Shown here: one piece after another, positions 46,737 to 55,170 of the stretch
How the letters are laid out: each line of letters starts with the position of its first letter
Position numbering within the stretch: the stretch's first letter is position 1
From: an uncultured Candidatus Saccharibacteria bacterium
Lineage (GTDB): Bacteria; Patescibacteriota; CALEFQ01
DNA length: 64,000 bases
NCBI GenBank assembly: GCA_965230955.1
Contig: OZ246404.1
Span: forward strand, 582,410 to 646,409
Direction of reading: 5' to 3'
Notes under the pieces: generated by a model
Seen by the model: only the letters and a program-made list of their open reading frames with translations
What the model was told of the DNA's origin: nothing
Database searches by the model: none
Made by a program: the position numbers and the translations under genes

Positions 46737-48001
46737 GGATTCTTCCCTTCAATAGAATTTCGCTGCCAAGGTTGGGTCATGCAGTGAAAACCGCCATGTC
46801 CCAGTAACAACTGGGGACACGGAACGGCCACCACATAGCGCTGTTTATCCCGGATTTCAAATGTCGGATCGATAAACCGATCCGCCTGGACAAACTCATA
46901 ACCTACCCGACAAAGCTCTTCTATCGTAGCATAATTGCAGTCTGGAATCAAGGTGAGCCCGGGTCGCAAAGTGAAAAGATTTGAACCTTCCCACCGCTGC
47001 TCGCGGTCTTGGATGAGACGATCATGGCCGCCACAGGATATCAGATTGTTGACAGGAACTTTGTAATGGTCGAACGCGGTCAGGAGACTGGGAAATTCCC
47101 CGATCTTCACCGATCCATTTTCTGACAAGGTCAACGCCAGCACCTTGACACCCACTTGCCCATTAGACGGCTCAATCAGCGGTTTGTAAACCACGAAGTC
47201 CCCATCATTGATCTGGGAGTAAATCGTATCGAGGTGCATACACATGCGATCGCGTGGCATGCTGACCGCCAGAATGTTTCTGATACCGAGGTCAAATAAG
47301 GAAGTGCGACACAAGGAGAGGATTGTTTCGAGTTTGGTCCGCTCGCTAACCCCGACCATCAACAGATCTTCACGCAGGGGGAAAACGTCTCCCCCTTCCA
47401 TGTTGTAAGGTTCCTGCGGCAGAATCAAATGATCCTTTGAAAGCGAATAAACGGGATGATATTGTAATATCGCTTTCATGACAATCGCTTCGCGCATTCG
47501 AGGCACTTTGGCGAAAAGAGACAAGAAAATCTTATCCCCTACTACCGCCGCCATGTCACGTGTAAACATGGAATTTGGAATAGGATTAGCGATGACCCGG
47601 CCATCCAGTTTGCCTGAGAAAACACAATTGACGAAGTCGGTAGTCGAAAGAGCTTCGGGATCACCCATCTCTTGGTGAATTCCGATATCGAGAGCCAAGA
47701 TCTTTTTGAGATGCGAACAAGCATCAATCGTTTCCCCAAAAAGTGCCTCTAAAAACAGAACTCCAGAGGGACCGGTCACTTTTTGCATGCAGGCGACCAA
47801 AACACCGAATTCTGATCTTGCCCGAGGGACATCGAGAATGTCGTCAAACAACAGCTGCTGAGCTTGTTCTGGTGAGACTGCTTCCAAGGCAGTCTCAGGA
47901 AAATTGACGACGACCTGGCGCAATAGCCCGTTCTCATTTCGTACACACAAATTTGACACACCAGCACCACATTGACGGTTGCTTTCGCTTATTTCCTGCA
48001 T
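46733..48001 (-). CDS. Arginine deiminase-family protein (amidinotransferase superfamily)
   Basis: C-terminal catalytic GHGGFHCMTQP motif and overall ADI length (422 aa). Confidence 0.7.
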   Translation of the reverse strand: MQEISESNRQCGAGVSNLCVRNENGLLRQVVVNFPETALEAVSPEQAQQLLFDDILDVPRARSEFGVLVACMQKVTGPSGVLFLEALFGETIDACSHLKKILALDIGIHQEMGDPEALSTTDFVNCVFSGKLDGRVIANPIPNSMFTRDMAAVVGDKIFLSLFAKVPRMREAIVMKAILQYHPVYSLSKDHLILPQEPYNMEGGDVFPLREDLLMVGVSERTKLETILSLCRTSLFDLGIRNILAVSMPRDRMCMHLDTIYSQINDGDFVVYKPLIEPSNGQVGVKVLALTLSENGSVKIGEFPSLLTAFDHYKVPVNNLISCGGHDRLIQDREQRWEGSNLFTLRPGLTLIPDCNYATIEELCRVGYEFVQADRFIDPTFEIRDKQRYVVAVPCPQLLLGHGGFHCMTQPWQRNSIEGKNP

Positions 48002-48120
48002 AAATACCTCCTATGGTTGCAGGGTTAATGTAAAGTTCCTACCACCCTACCAACTTTCTAAAAGGTTGTCAATCGAGGCAAACTGTGGTATTTTAAAGAA
48101 TACAATTCACTTGAAAACAT

Positions 48121-49218
48121 ATGCCAAAAATAAACCCGACCAAGGTCGCCTCAAAAATATATCGCGAAGTATTAGCCATACAAAGGAACGAAAGAGTCCT
48201 CATTGTCGCAGATTTTCGTCCCGCAAATTACCAAGTCGCAACTATTTTAGGAAAAACGATTTCCTCCCAGGGTAATCACTTTAATATTGTTTTTCAAAAA
48301 CCTCGAGCCAAAGGACAGCCCATGGACATGACTGTGTACTCCGCTCTATTACAAAAACCAAACGTCCTAATTTCCCTCGGCCGGATTGGCAATGATCCTT
48401 TTATGGGCAAGAAAGTATATCGACATAACGGACGCACCTTTGAAAATTATTTTTACTATTTAATTGATGGGGGCATTTCCCGCGGAGCCTATGGTTTTAC
48501 CGACACCGCTGAGGAATACTGGAATTTGATTGACCTTGATTATAGCAAAATGCATCGACTGGCCAATATTTTAAAAAAGCATTTAGATAAAGCTGAAGCC
48601 GTCATAATAAAAGATCCGCCCACCGGGACTGAATGTCATTTTGAAATTCGCCGTCATCGCGCCTGGCTAGATGATGCTTTTTATCATCAGCCGGGACACT
48701 CCGGCAACCTGCCGGCCGGAGAAGTTTTCATCACTCCCGATCGGCATACCGGAGAAGGAACTATCTTTGTGCGGGGCAGCGGCCAGCTAATAAAACTTAC
48801 TCGTCGGCTGGCAACCCCCATGAAACTACGCGTGAAAAATAATCTAGCCGTAGATTTCGTTGGTCCAACCGCCCATCAGTTAGAACGAGATCTCGCCGGG
48901 ATAGCCAATGATATGGTAAAGAAAACACGTACCGGGAAACTTTCGAAACAAAAAATGTCTGAATACCAGCACAATATTTACCATGTGGGCGAAATCGGTT
49001 TTGGTCTGAATCCCAAAGCCAGGATTGGCGGCAAAAATATGCTAATTGACGAAAAGACGTATGGCACGGTACACATTGCTCTCGGAGACGACTACGATGG
49101 AGATTCTCCGGCCCCGATTCATTTGGATCAGATGATCGGCTATCCGGAAGTATATCTGATAACCAACGGTAAAAGGCAGCTGATTTTGCGCAACAAGGAA
49201 TATTTATTCGACCTTTAA
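48121..49218 (+). CDS. Aminopeptidase, M29 (AmpS/PepS thermophilic metalloprotease) family
   Basis: Conserved Glu/His/Asp metal-binding positions of M29 (e.g. HVGEIGFG, HIALG), 365 aa. Confidence 0.65.
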   Translation: MPKINPTKVASKIYREVLAIQRNERVLIVADFRPANYQVATILGKTISSQGNHFNIVFQKPRAKGQPMDMTVYSALLQKPNVLISLGRIGNDPFMGKKVYRHNGRTFENYFYYLIDGGISRGAYGFTDTAEEYWNLIDLDYSKMHRLANILKKHLDKAEAVIIKDPPTGTECHFEIRRHRAWLDDAFYHQPGHSGNLPAGEVFITPDRHTGEGTIFVRGSGQLIKLTRRLATPMKLRVKNNLAVDFVGPTAHQLERDLAGIANDMVKKTRTGKLSKQKMSEYQHNIYHVGEIGFGLNPKARIGGKNMLIDEKTYGTVHIALGDDYDGDSPAPIHLDQMIGYPEVYLITNGKRQLILRNKEYLFDL

Positions 49219-49251
49219 ATTGGCGAGGATAATTTTTTCCGCCACTAGTCC

Positions 49252-49280
49252 TTGACACCGCAGTCAAGAATTGATAGAGT
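49252..49280 (+). promoter_or_regulatory. Putative promoter of the tRNA-Arg array, with a CTTGAC-N6-GTCAAG palindrome over the -35
   Basis: TTGACA - 17 nt - TAGAGT, 19 nt upstream of the first tRNA. Confidence 0.35.
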
Positions 49281-49299
49281 GCTCGGATCTTGTTTCTTC

Positions 49300-49373
49300 G
49301 CGCCTATAGCTCAATTGGATAGAGCACCGGACTACGAATCCGTCGGTCAGGGGTTCGAATCCCCTTAGGCGCA
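49300..49373 (+). tRNA. tRNA-Arg (anticodon ACG)
   Basis: Cloverleaf folded by hand: acceptor gcgccta/taggcgc, anticodon loop cuACGaa, T-loop ttcgaat; CCA not encoded. Confidence 0.85.
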
Positions 49374-49379
49374 TGAAGA

Positions 49380-49453
49380 GCGGCTATAGCTCAATTGGAT
49401 AGAGCGCTGGACTTCGAATCCAGAGGTCGGGAGTTCGATCCTCCCTAGCCGCA
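49380..49453 (+). tRNA. tRNA-Arg (anticodon TCG)
   Basis: Acceptor gcggcta/tagccgc, anticodon stem ctgga/tccag, loop cuUCGaa. Confidence 0.85.
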
Positions 49454-49461
49454 AACGGAGC

Positions 49462-49535
49462 GCACCTGTAGCTCAGTTGGATAGAGCAGTGGACTTCTAA
49501 TCCACCGGTCGCGGGTTCGAGCCCCGCCAGGTGCA
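49462..49535 (+). tRNA. tRNA-Arg (anticodon TCT)
   Basis: Acceptor gcacctg/caggtgc, anticodon stem gtgga/tccac, loop cuUCUaa. Confidence 0.85.
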
Positions 49536-49544
49536 TGCTACAAC

Positions 49545-49618
49545 GCGGCAGTAGCTCAGTTGGATAGAGTATCAGACTCCGAATCTGAAGGCCGGGGGTT
49601 CAAATCCCCTCTGCCGCA
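49545..49618 (+). tRNA. tRNA-Arg (anticodon CCG)
   Basis: Acceptor gcggcag/ctgccgc, anticodon stem tcaga/tctga, loop cuCCGaa. Confidence 0.85.
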
Positions 49619-49623
49619 TTATC

Positions 49624-49697
49624 GGGCCAGTAGCTCAGATGGATAGAGCACGGGACTCCTAATCCTGAGGCCACGGGTTCGAATCCCGTCTGGCTCA
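49624..49697 (+). tRNA. tRNA-Arg (anticodon CCT)
   Basis: Acceptor gggccag/ctggctc, anticodon stem cggga/tcctg, loop cuCCUaa. Confidence 0.85.
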
Positions 49698-49705
49698 TGC
49701 CTTAA

Positions 49706-49747
49706 CCGACAGACCTTGCAGAAATGCACTAGGCTGTCGGTTTTTTC
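49706..49747 (+). terminator. Rho-independent terminator of the tRNA-Arg array
   Basis: ccgacag ... ctgtcgg followed by tttttt. Confidence 0.55.
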
Positions 49748-49825
49748 TTGCAAAAAAAAACACCGGCCAATCGTCGATGTTTTTGATCAAATAGTCTCGC
49801 ACAGCAAATCAAGGATCTGGGATTA

Positions 49826-51214
49826 TCACCATCCGAACTGACGCCCCACGTCTTCAGAAGTTTCACGCCTACGGGCAACCGTAAGAATTCCGTTTTGGGC
49901 AATAATTTTTGCTGGCGAGGACAACAAGCAATGATGTGAACTCAAGGCATCTTGATAAGCCCCAGTATCTAAAATACCGAGATATTGTTCAGGCATTTCT
50001 TTATCCGCCGCTGGGCTAATTACCGGTAAAGACAAATAGCCATTACCTGTGTATTTATCATCAGAATCACACGAAGAACCGGCCAGCCAAACACGCGCCA
50101 ATGATTGGCTAGTCAAATTATTGACCGGCACAACCTGCCATTTCTGTTGAACCGCCCAAGTATCACACAAGTCATTCATAAAACTACCGTCCAGAACATA
50201 CCATTTACGAGCTACCGCTTTCTCAATATCTTTTTGGTGTATGACTTTAAAAACTGAGATCTGCGCCGGTGCCACCAAATGTCTCCCCCACTCGACAATA
50301 ATATCTGGGGATACCTGATACTTGGATTGAAAGGTAGCCAACACCTCAACAATACCACGCACCGTTCGATCAATTGAATAAGATTTATTTTTTTCGTAAG
50401 TAACAGGAAATCCGCCCCCCATATCAATTGCATTCAGACCGGGATTGAGTTTTTTTAGAAAAACAAAAACCTTCATAGCTTCACGTAATAATTTGACCAG
50501 ATCATCCGGATTTTCTACCTGTGATCCGATATGATAATGAAGCAATTTCAGATTCTTGATGTGTCCTATTTTCTTAATTTCGTCCGTTGACATACCAAAT
50601 CGATTCACTTTCTTATCCCAATGAGACTGAACTTTTACATCAATATCTATTCTGACCCCGACATCCGCATTTACACGCCATTTATGACTGTTAAAATACT
50701 CCAACTCGTCAGTATCTTCGATGACTGGAATTACTTTTAGCCCTCTAGTCTTAAGATCGGTAATTAGCCCTAAATACTGATTCGTTTTAGGGCCGTTACA
50801 TATGATCTTAATTCTATCATTGAATCTATCCTGTTCCCACAGTTTTTTAACCAGCCAAAGTTCGTTAGCTGAACTCACTTCCAAATTACCATCCTCACTA
50901 ATGACCGGCAGAACATATTCTTTGTTCTGATTGACTTTCATTGGATAATGATAAAAAAACTTTCCCTTATAGTGAAAGTTTTTTATGTGCCGCGAAAAAG
51001 AATCAATCAAAAAATTTAGACGTTGTTCAATCACAAAAGGAAACACGATTTCCAACGGCGTTCCAAATTTCTTGATAATATCAGGAAGATTATACTGATA
51101 ATTCCCTTCGTTAACTACCAATTCTCCTTCCTTGTTTATATCATAAAAATCGGTGTCGAGTTCTTTTTTGCCCAGCTTCCAAATCTTTTTATAATCAGGA
51201 TTATGATTGCCCAT
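49826..51214 (-). CDS. PLP-dependent decarboxylase of the Orn/DAP/Arg fold-III family, SpeA-like biosynthetic arginine decarboxylase
   Basis: LLHYHIGSQ, YPMKVNQ, ICNGPK, MGGGFPVTY and SSCDSDD align with the SpeA motifs HFHLGSQ, YPIKVNQ, VCNGYK, VGGGLGVDY and TCDSDG; 462 aa; AT-rich codon usage. Confidence 0.65.
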   Translation of the reverse strand: MGNHNPDYKKIWKLGKKELDTDFYDINKEGELVVNEGNYQYNLPDIIKKFGTPLEIVFPFVIEQRLNFLIDSFSRHIKNFHYKGKFFYHYPMKVNQNKEYVLPVISEDGNLEVSSANELWLVKKLWEQDRFNDRIKIICNGPKTNQYLGLITDLKTRGLKVIPVIEDTDELEYFNSHKWRVNADVGVRIDIDVKVQSHWDKKVNRFGMSTDEIKKIGHIKNLKLLHYHIGSQVENPDDLVKLLREAMKVFVFLKKLNPGLNAIDMGGGFPVTYEKNKSYSIDRTVRGIVEVLATFQSKYQVSPDIIVEWGRHLVAPAQISVFKVIHQKDIEKAVARKWYVLDGSFMNDLCDTWAVQQKWQVVPVNNLTSQSLARVWLAGSSCDSDDKYTGNGYLSLPVISPAADKEMPEQYLGILDTGAYQDALSSHHCLLSSPAKIIAQNGILTVARRRETSEDVGRQFGW

Positions 51215-51313
51215 TGCTATTTTTAATTTTTAATTTTTAATCCCCAATTTAAAGATCTATAATAATTCGTAATTAGAAGTGTATCATATCCAGGCATCTT
51301 GTAAATATTCGCA

Positions 51314-52114
51314 CTAGAAAACCTTTCTTGTGTTTAACCAATTCAAACCATCCCGGACGGCCTTTTGAGCAGTGGCGGTATCGTGCCCGCCGCGTTGGTA
51401 AAATTTCCACTCAAACTGACCTTTCGGAAGCTTTCTCGATATTAATCTCCCGTAGCGTAAAGACTTAGTGAAACTAACGCACCGGTCTTGTTTTCCATGG
51501 CCAATAAACATTTTTGCCCGAGATAAATACCCAATATTTGACATCGGCGATAAATCGTCAAGATTTTCCAAATGACGCTTCCACTGAGATTTCAAGATAC
51601 CCCGATACAGATGAGAATACCCGTCTTCTTTCATACTTTCCAAAAAGCGCTTATTTGTTTCTTCTCCAGGAACACTACCACACGAACCACTATCAACCAC
51701 CGGGAAAATCAAAATTAATTCCTTAATCAATGGATTGAAACGAGGCAAAAGAGGGATATAGGTACCCCCGAAACTCCGGCCGACAAAAACCACTCGTTGG
51801 TATTTAAAACGGCGCTTGTCATTAAGTAAGGCATTCTTCCCAACACAACCATTGGTAAAATACTTATACAAATCCAGGAAGGTCTTAATACAGTTTTTGG
51901 GGGTGAAAACCCCATCACTGCGTCCGTAACCAAGATAATCAGGCACAAATAAGTCAAAGCCCGCTTGATTGATTATATCGGCTCCTGGCAGTGTTCCGTT
52001 ATCTGGCGGCAGAGGTGCGCCAATTCCATATACAACAACCTGCTTAACGGGATGACTACAAGGATAGTACATGCCAGCAATTTTTTTGAATTTATATAGT
52101 TGACTTCTGGCCAT
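51314..52114 (-). CDS. Alpha/beta-hydrolase-fold protein
   Basis: GRSFGG nucleophile elbow (GxSxG) plus a downstream His; start called at MARSQLYKF. Confidence 0.5.
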   Translation of the reverse strand: MARSQLYKFKKIAGMYYPCSHPVKQVVVYGIGAPLPPDNGTLPGADIINQAGFDLFVPDYLGYGRSDGVFTPKNCIKTFLDLYKYFTNGCVGKNALLNDKRRFKYQRVVFVGRSFGGTYIPLLPRFNPLIKELILIFPVVDSGSCGSVPGEETNKRFLESMKEDGYSHLYRGILKSQWKRHLENLDDLSPMSNIGYLSRAKMFIGHGKQDRCVSFTKSLRYGRLISRKLPKGQFEWKFYQRGGHDTATAQKAVRDGLNWLNTRKVF

Positions 52115-52174
52115 TTTTGAAATGTTTAAATAGGGCCGGGGGAAACTTACTGTTTCTCCCAGCCCCAAACTACC

Positions 52175-52978
52175 TCAGATTCCGATTTCAATTGTCGGGG
52201 TAGCTGCCTGCCAACTGTGCAGGTCAAAGCGAGCAACTTCGAATAAAGGGCTACGCTTACGTTCGATGTTCACCATCAAGGTTCCCAATTTCGAAAGTGC
52301 CTGATCCGGTGCCAAGTAACTATACAGACACCCAACCGTCAGCGATTCCCCGAAACTATTTACCAATTCAGGAATCAAGGCAAGATTCTTGCGCGTGAAT
52401 GACAGATTAGAAATTTGGAGTTTCCGCTTAGCCCATTCGATAACTCGTTTCTCCAATGGAAATCCTGTCAAATCATCTGGGCAAGGTTCTTTTGTTGAAA
52501 TTGTCAGGTCGCATTTTACCGACAGCTCACGGTACGTAGAATACCTGAACTGTATTCGGTCGTACAGTTGTCGCACTTCCTCAACGGCTTGCGAATAGAT
52601 CAGAGAGTGCCGATCAAGAATCCTAGATATTTCACCGTTTTCGGCATCTGTCGATATAACTCCCAGGTCGGCAAACACCACTGCCACCGAAACATTGATG
52701 TTGGTACAGTATTCAGTAACAACATCCAGCAGGCGCCTTACGGCAAGCCATTTACCGCTCACCCTGCTCCCTTCGATACTTGTGGCCTCCGCCAGCAAGC
52801 GCGACTCATTGATTGGCCCTTCTTGGTACAGGGGACAGACCGGAATCACAAAATGTAATCCGTGCCGAGGAATCAACATATCCCAATTCTGGCAATGGAT
52901 ATCCATATCCCGATCTTTTCCCCTGATACTACGAAGTTTCTTCTCGAAACTACTTCGAAATTCGCTATCAGGTACCAT
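52175..52978 (-). CDS. Hypothetical protein; start MVPDSEF preceded by a GGGAGGGGAAA Shine-Dalgarno sequence
   Basis: About 267 aa, no recognisable motif; co-oriented with the decarboxylase and hydrolase in the AT-rich block. Confidence 0.35.
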   Translation of the reverse strand: MVPDSEFRSSFEKKLRSIRGKDRDMDIHCQNWDMLIPRHGLHFVIPVCPLYQEGPINESRLLAEATSIEGSRVSGKWLAVRRLLDVVTEYCTNINVSVAVVFADLGVISTDAENGEISRILDRHSLIYSQAVEEVRQLYDRIQFRYSTYRELSVKCDLTISTKEPCPDDLTGFPLEKRVIEWAKRKLQISNLSFTRKNLALIPELVNSFGESLTVGCLYSYLAPDQALSKLGTLMVNIERKRSPLFEVARFDLHSWQAATPTIEIGI

Positions 52979-53128
52979 TTTCCCCTCCCTTCTGAAAGAC
53001 AAAAACAGAAAATAGATGATTTCAATTTTAGCAATAACCGCAAAAAAGTCAAGCGGAAAACAAAAGCCTGTAATTCACCACTACACTTTTTATTCCCCCC
53101 CCCTATATCCCCTGTTACCCTAAAAGTC

Positions 53129-53160
53129 AAAAACCGCCCGCCGAGTCGGCGGGCGGTTTT
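53129..53160. terminator. Bidirectional rho-independent terminator
   Basis: aaaaaccgcccgcc gagt cggcgggcggtttt. Confidence 0.5.
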
Positions 53161-53214
53161 GTTATAATCGAGCAGTTATCCGGCCCACCCAGGTCACTCG
53201 ATACTATTTTTCTG

Positions 53215-53289
53215 TGGCTGGGGAGATAGGATTCGAACCTATGTATGGCGCCTCCAGAGGGCGCTGCCTTACCGCTTGGCTACTCCCCA
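53215..53289 (-). tRNA. tRNA-Gln (anticodon CTG), CCA encoded
   Basis: Minus-strand cloverleaf: acceptor tggggag/ctcccca (U1-A72), anticodon stem gcgcc/ggcgc, loop cuCUGga, T-arm atagg ttcgaat cctat, then g + cca. Confidence 0.75.
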
Positions 53290-53292
53290 ATA

Positions 53293-53367
53293 AAGTCAAA
53301 AGTCAAAAATCAAAAGTAAAAAGTTGGAATATCGAACTTTAGACTTTTGACTTTTGACTTTTTACTT
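53293..53367. repeat. Palindromic tandem-heptamer element, GTCAAAAG variant (tRNA-Gln / ftsX junction)
   Basis: aagtcaaaagtcaaaaatcaaaagtaaaaag ... ctttagacttttgacttttgactttttactt. Confidence 0.75.
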
Positions 53368-54273
53368 CCTCAAGTATCGCCCAACGGCGATTGATGAACT
53401 AATGATCCCCAACAGCACTCCCAGGGCCACCATGCCGCCGGCAATCCAAAGCATATTCTGGGTGAAAAAATGCACCATGTCAAGGCTTTCCCCTTCGAAG
53501 AAGGCTGTGATTTTAGGATTGGCGGCATTGAGAATCGGATAAAGCAAAACCAATGTAACCACCGCGCCAATAATGCCATAGATGACACCTTCCAGTAAAA
53601 ATGGCCCGCGAATAAACCAATTAGTCGCGCCGACCAGTTTCATGATTCCGATCTCCTCTTTGTGGGTATATATAGCCAGACGAACGGTATTGAAAACCAC
53701 TAAAATCGCAATTATCACGAAAGCTCCACCGACGGCGATACCGCCCTTCCGGATAGTACTGGCGATCCGCACCAGCCGGTCAATCACGTCTTTATTTTCC
53801 TGAAAATCAACTTTTAGAATTACGTCGGAGAAACGATCGCTTGATAAATAATCGGATATTCCCTCATAATCCTCAGTCTGAATCGCCTTGATCACCAGTG
53901 AGGCTTCCAGTGGATTCTCCTGGAGTTCTTCCAACGATTTCAGGATCAAATCGTCGTCTTTATGAGCTTGCTTGAATTGATTCAGCGCTTCTTCCTTGCT
54001 GATGAATTTTGTCGTCTCCACATTGTTCAAGTTTTGAACCTGCGCTCGCACCTCTAAAATTCGATCCTCCTGAGCCGCGGTTTTGAAATAAACCGTCAGG
54101 TCGACCTTCTTTTGGACCTGATCTACCGCCGCGTTGGCCAGCAAGTTCAAGATGACGATCGTAGTAATGATAAAAAGCGTCACGACCATAATAACAGTGG
54201 TCGCCACACTTAACCAAATATTGCGCCAAAAATTATCCAGACCGAATTTTACGACTCTAAGGAAACCAGACAT
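53362..54273 (-). CDS. ftsX: Cell division permease FtsX
   Basis: Four TM segments with a large periplasmic loop, paired with ftsE; the ORF N-terminus (MTFDLWLSL) is read from the repeat, so start is called at MSGFLRV. Confidence 0.7.
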   Translation of the reverse strand: MSGFLRVVKFGLDNFWRNIWLSVATTVIMVVTLFIITTIVILNLLANAAVDQVQKKVDLTVYFKTAAQEDRILEVRAQVQNLNNVETTKFISKEEALNQFKQAHKDDDLILKSLEELQENPLEASLVIKAIQTEDYEGISDYLSSDRFSDVILKVDFQENKDVIDRLVRIASTIRKGGIAVGGAFVIIAILVVFNTVRLAIYTHKEEIGIMKLVGATNWFIRGPFLLEGVIYGIIGAVVTLVLLYPILNAANPKITAFFEGESLDMVHFFTQNMLWIAGGMVALGVLLGIISSSIAVGRYLRK

Positions 54274-54280
54274 AAGGGAA

Positions 54281-54352
54281 AGCCAAAGGTCAAAAGTCAA
54301 AGGTCAAAAATTGATGAACAACTTTTTACTTTTGACTTTTTACTTTTGACTT
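54281..54352. repeat. Palindromic tandem-heptamer element, GTCAAAAG variant (ftsE-ftsX junction)
   Basis: agccaaaggtcaaaagtcaaaggtcaaaaa ... ctttttacttttgactttttacttttgactt. Confidence 0.75.
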
Positions 54353-55034
54353 AGAGTATGTACTTCCCCGTATCTTGATTGCGGACTAATTTGCCTTCGT
54401 CCATCGTAATGACTCGGCGCTTGATCGCATTCACAATTTCACGATTATGACTAACCATCACCACCGTCGTGCCCAGCTCGTTTATTTTCAGGAGTAACTG
54501 AACGATTTCCCAGGCATTGAGTGAATCCAAATTCCCGGTCGGCTCATCGGCCACCAGCAGCTTCGGCTTATGAATCAAAGCGCGTGCTATCGCTACTCGC
54601 TGTTTTTCTCCGCCGGAAAGCTGATGTGGGAAAAGATTCGCCCGCTTGCTCAAATTAACGATATCAAGAATTTTGGGAACTTGTTCTTTTATTTCGCGCC
54701 GTGAACGTCCGCAAACTTCCATGGCAAAAGAAACATTCTCCGCCGCCGTCTTTTTTTCCAATAATTTGAAATCTTGGAAGACGACGCCAATCTGACGACG
54801 AAACATCGGTATATGCTTTTTTTTGATCAAACCGACGTCCCAGTTATTGACTACGATGCGTCCCTTGTCCGGCTTCTCTTCGGCAATCAACAAACGAACC
54901 AGTGTCGATTTACCGGCACCGCTCTGCCCCACAATCGTCACAAATTCACCATCAGCCACATTAAAACTGACGTCTTCCAACGCGACGACCTTTTGTTTGG
55001 CATAATCTTTACTAACGCCTTCGACCTCAATCAT
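54351..55034 (-). CDS. ftsE: Cell division ATP-binding protein FtsE
   Basis: GQSGAGKSTL Walker A, LSGGEKQR, LVADEPTGNLD; 227 aa. Confidence 0.85.
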   Translation of the reverse strand: MIEVEGVSKDYAKQKVVALEDVSFNVADGEFVTIVGQSGAGKSTLVRLLIAEEKPDKGRIVVNNWDVGLIKKKHIPMFRRQIGVVFQDFKLLEKKTAAENVSFAMEVCGRSRREIKEQVPKILDIVNLSKRANLFPHQLSGGEKQRVAIARALIHKPKLLVADEPTGNLDSLNAWEIVQLLLKINELGTTVVMVSHNREIVNAIKRRVITMDEGKLVRNQDTGKYIL

Positions 55035-55170
55035 AGTTCAACCTTAAAATGACGGCTCCGACCAGCGCTGAGGCTGGTCTTTTTTTTCTCCCGCATGGAT
55101 GCTGGAGTGAACCGTAAATATATTTTATCACACTTGAATTAACGCCGCAAGCGGCAAAAGCCCCTGATTC

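Noticed and set aside
49750-53210. Calling the AT-rich block an integrative element with defined attachment sites
   Set aside because: No integrase, recombinase or clear direct repeat of a tRNA 3' end could be found by eye. Reported only as compositionally atypical, tRNA-bounded DNA.
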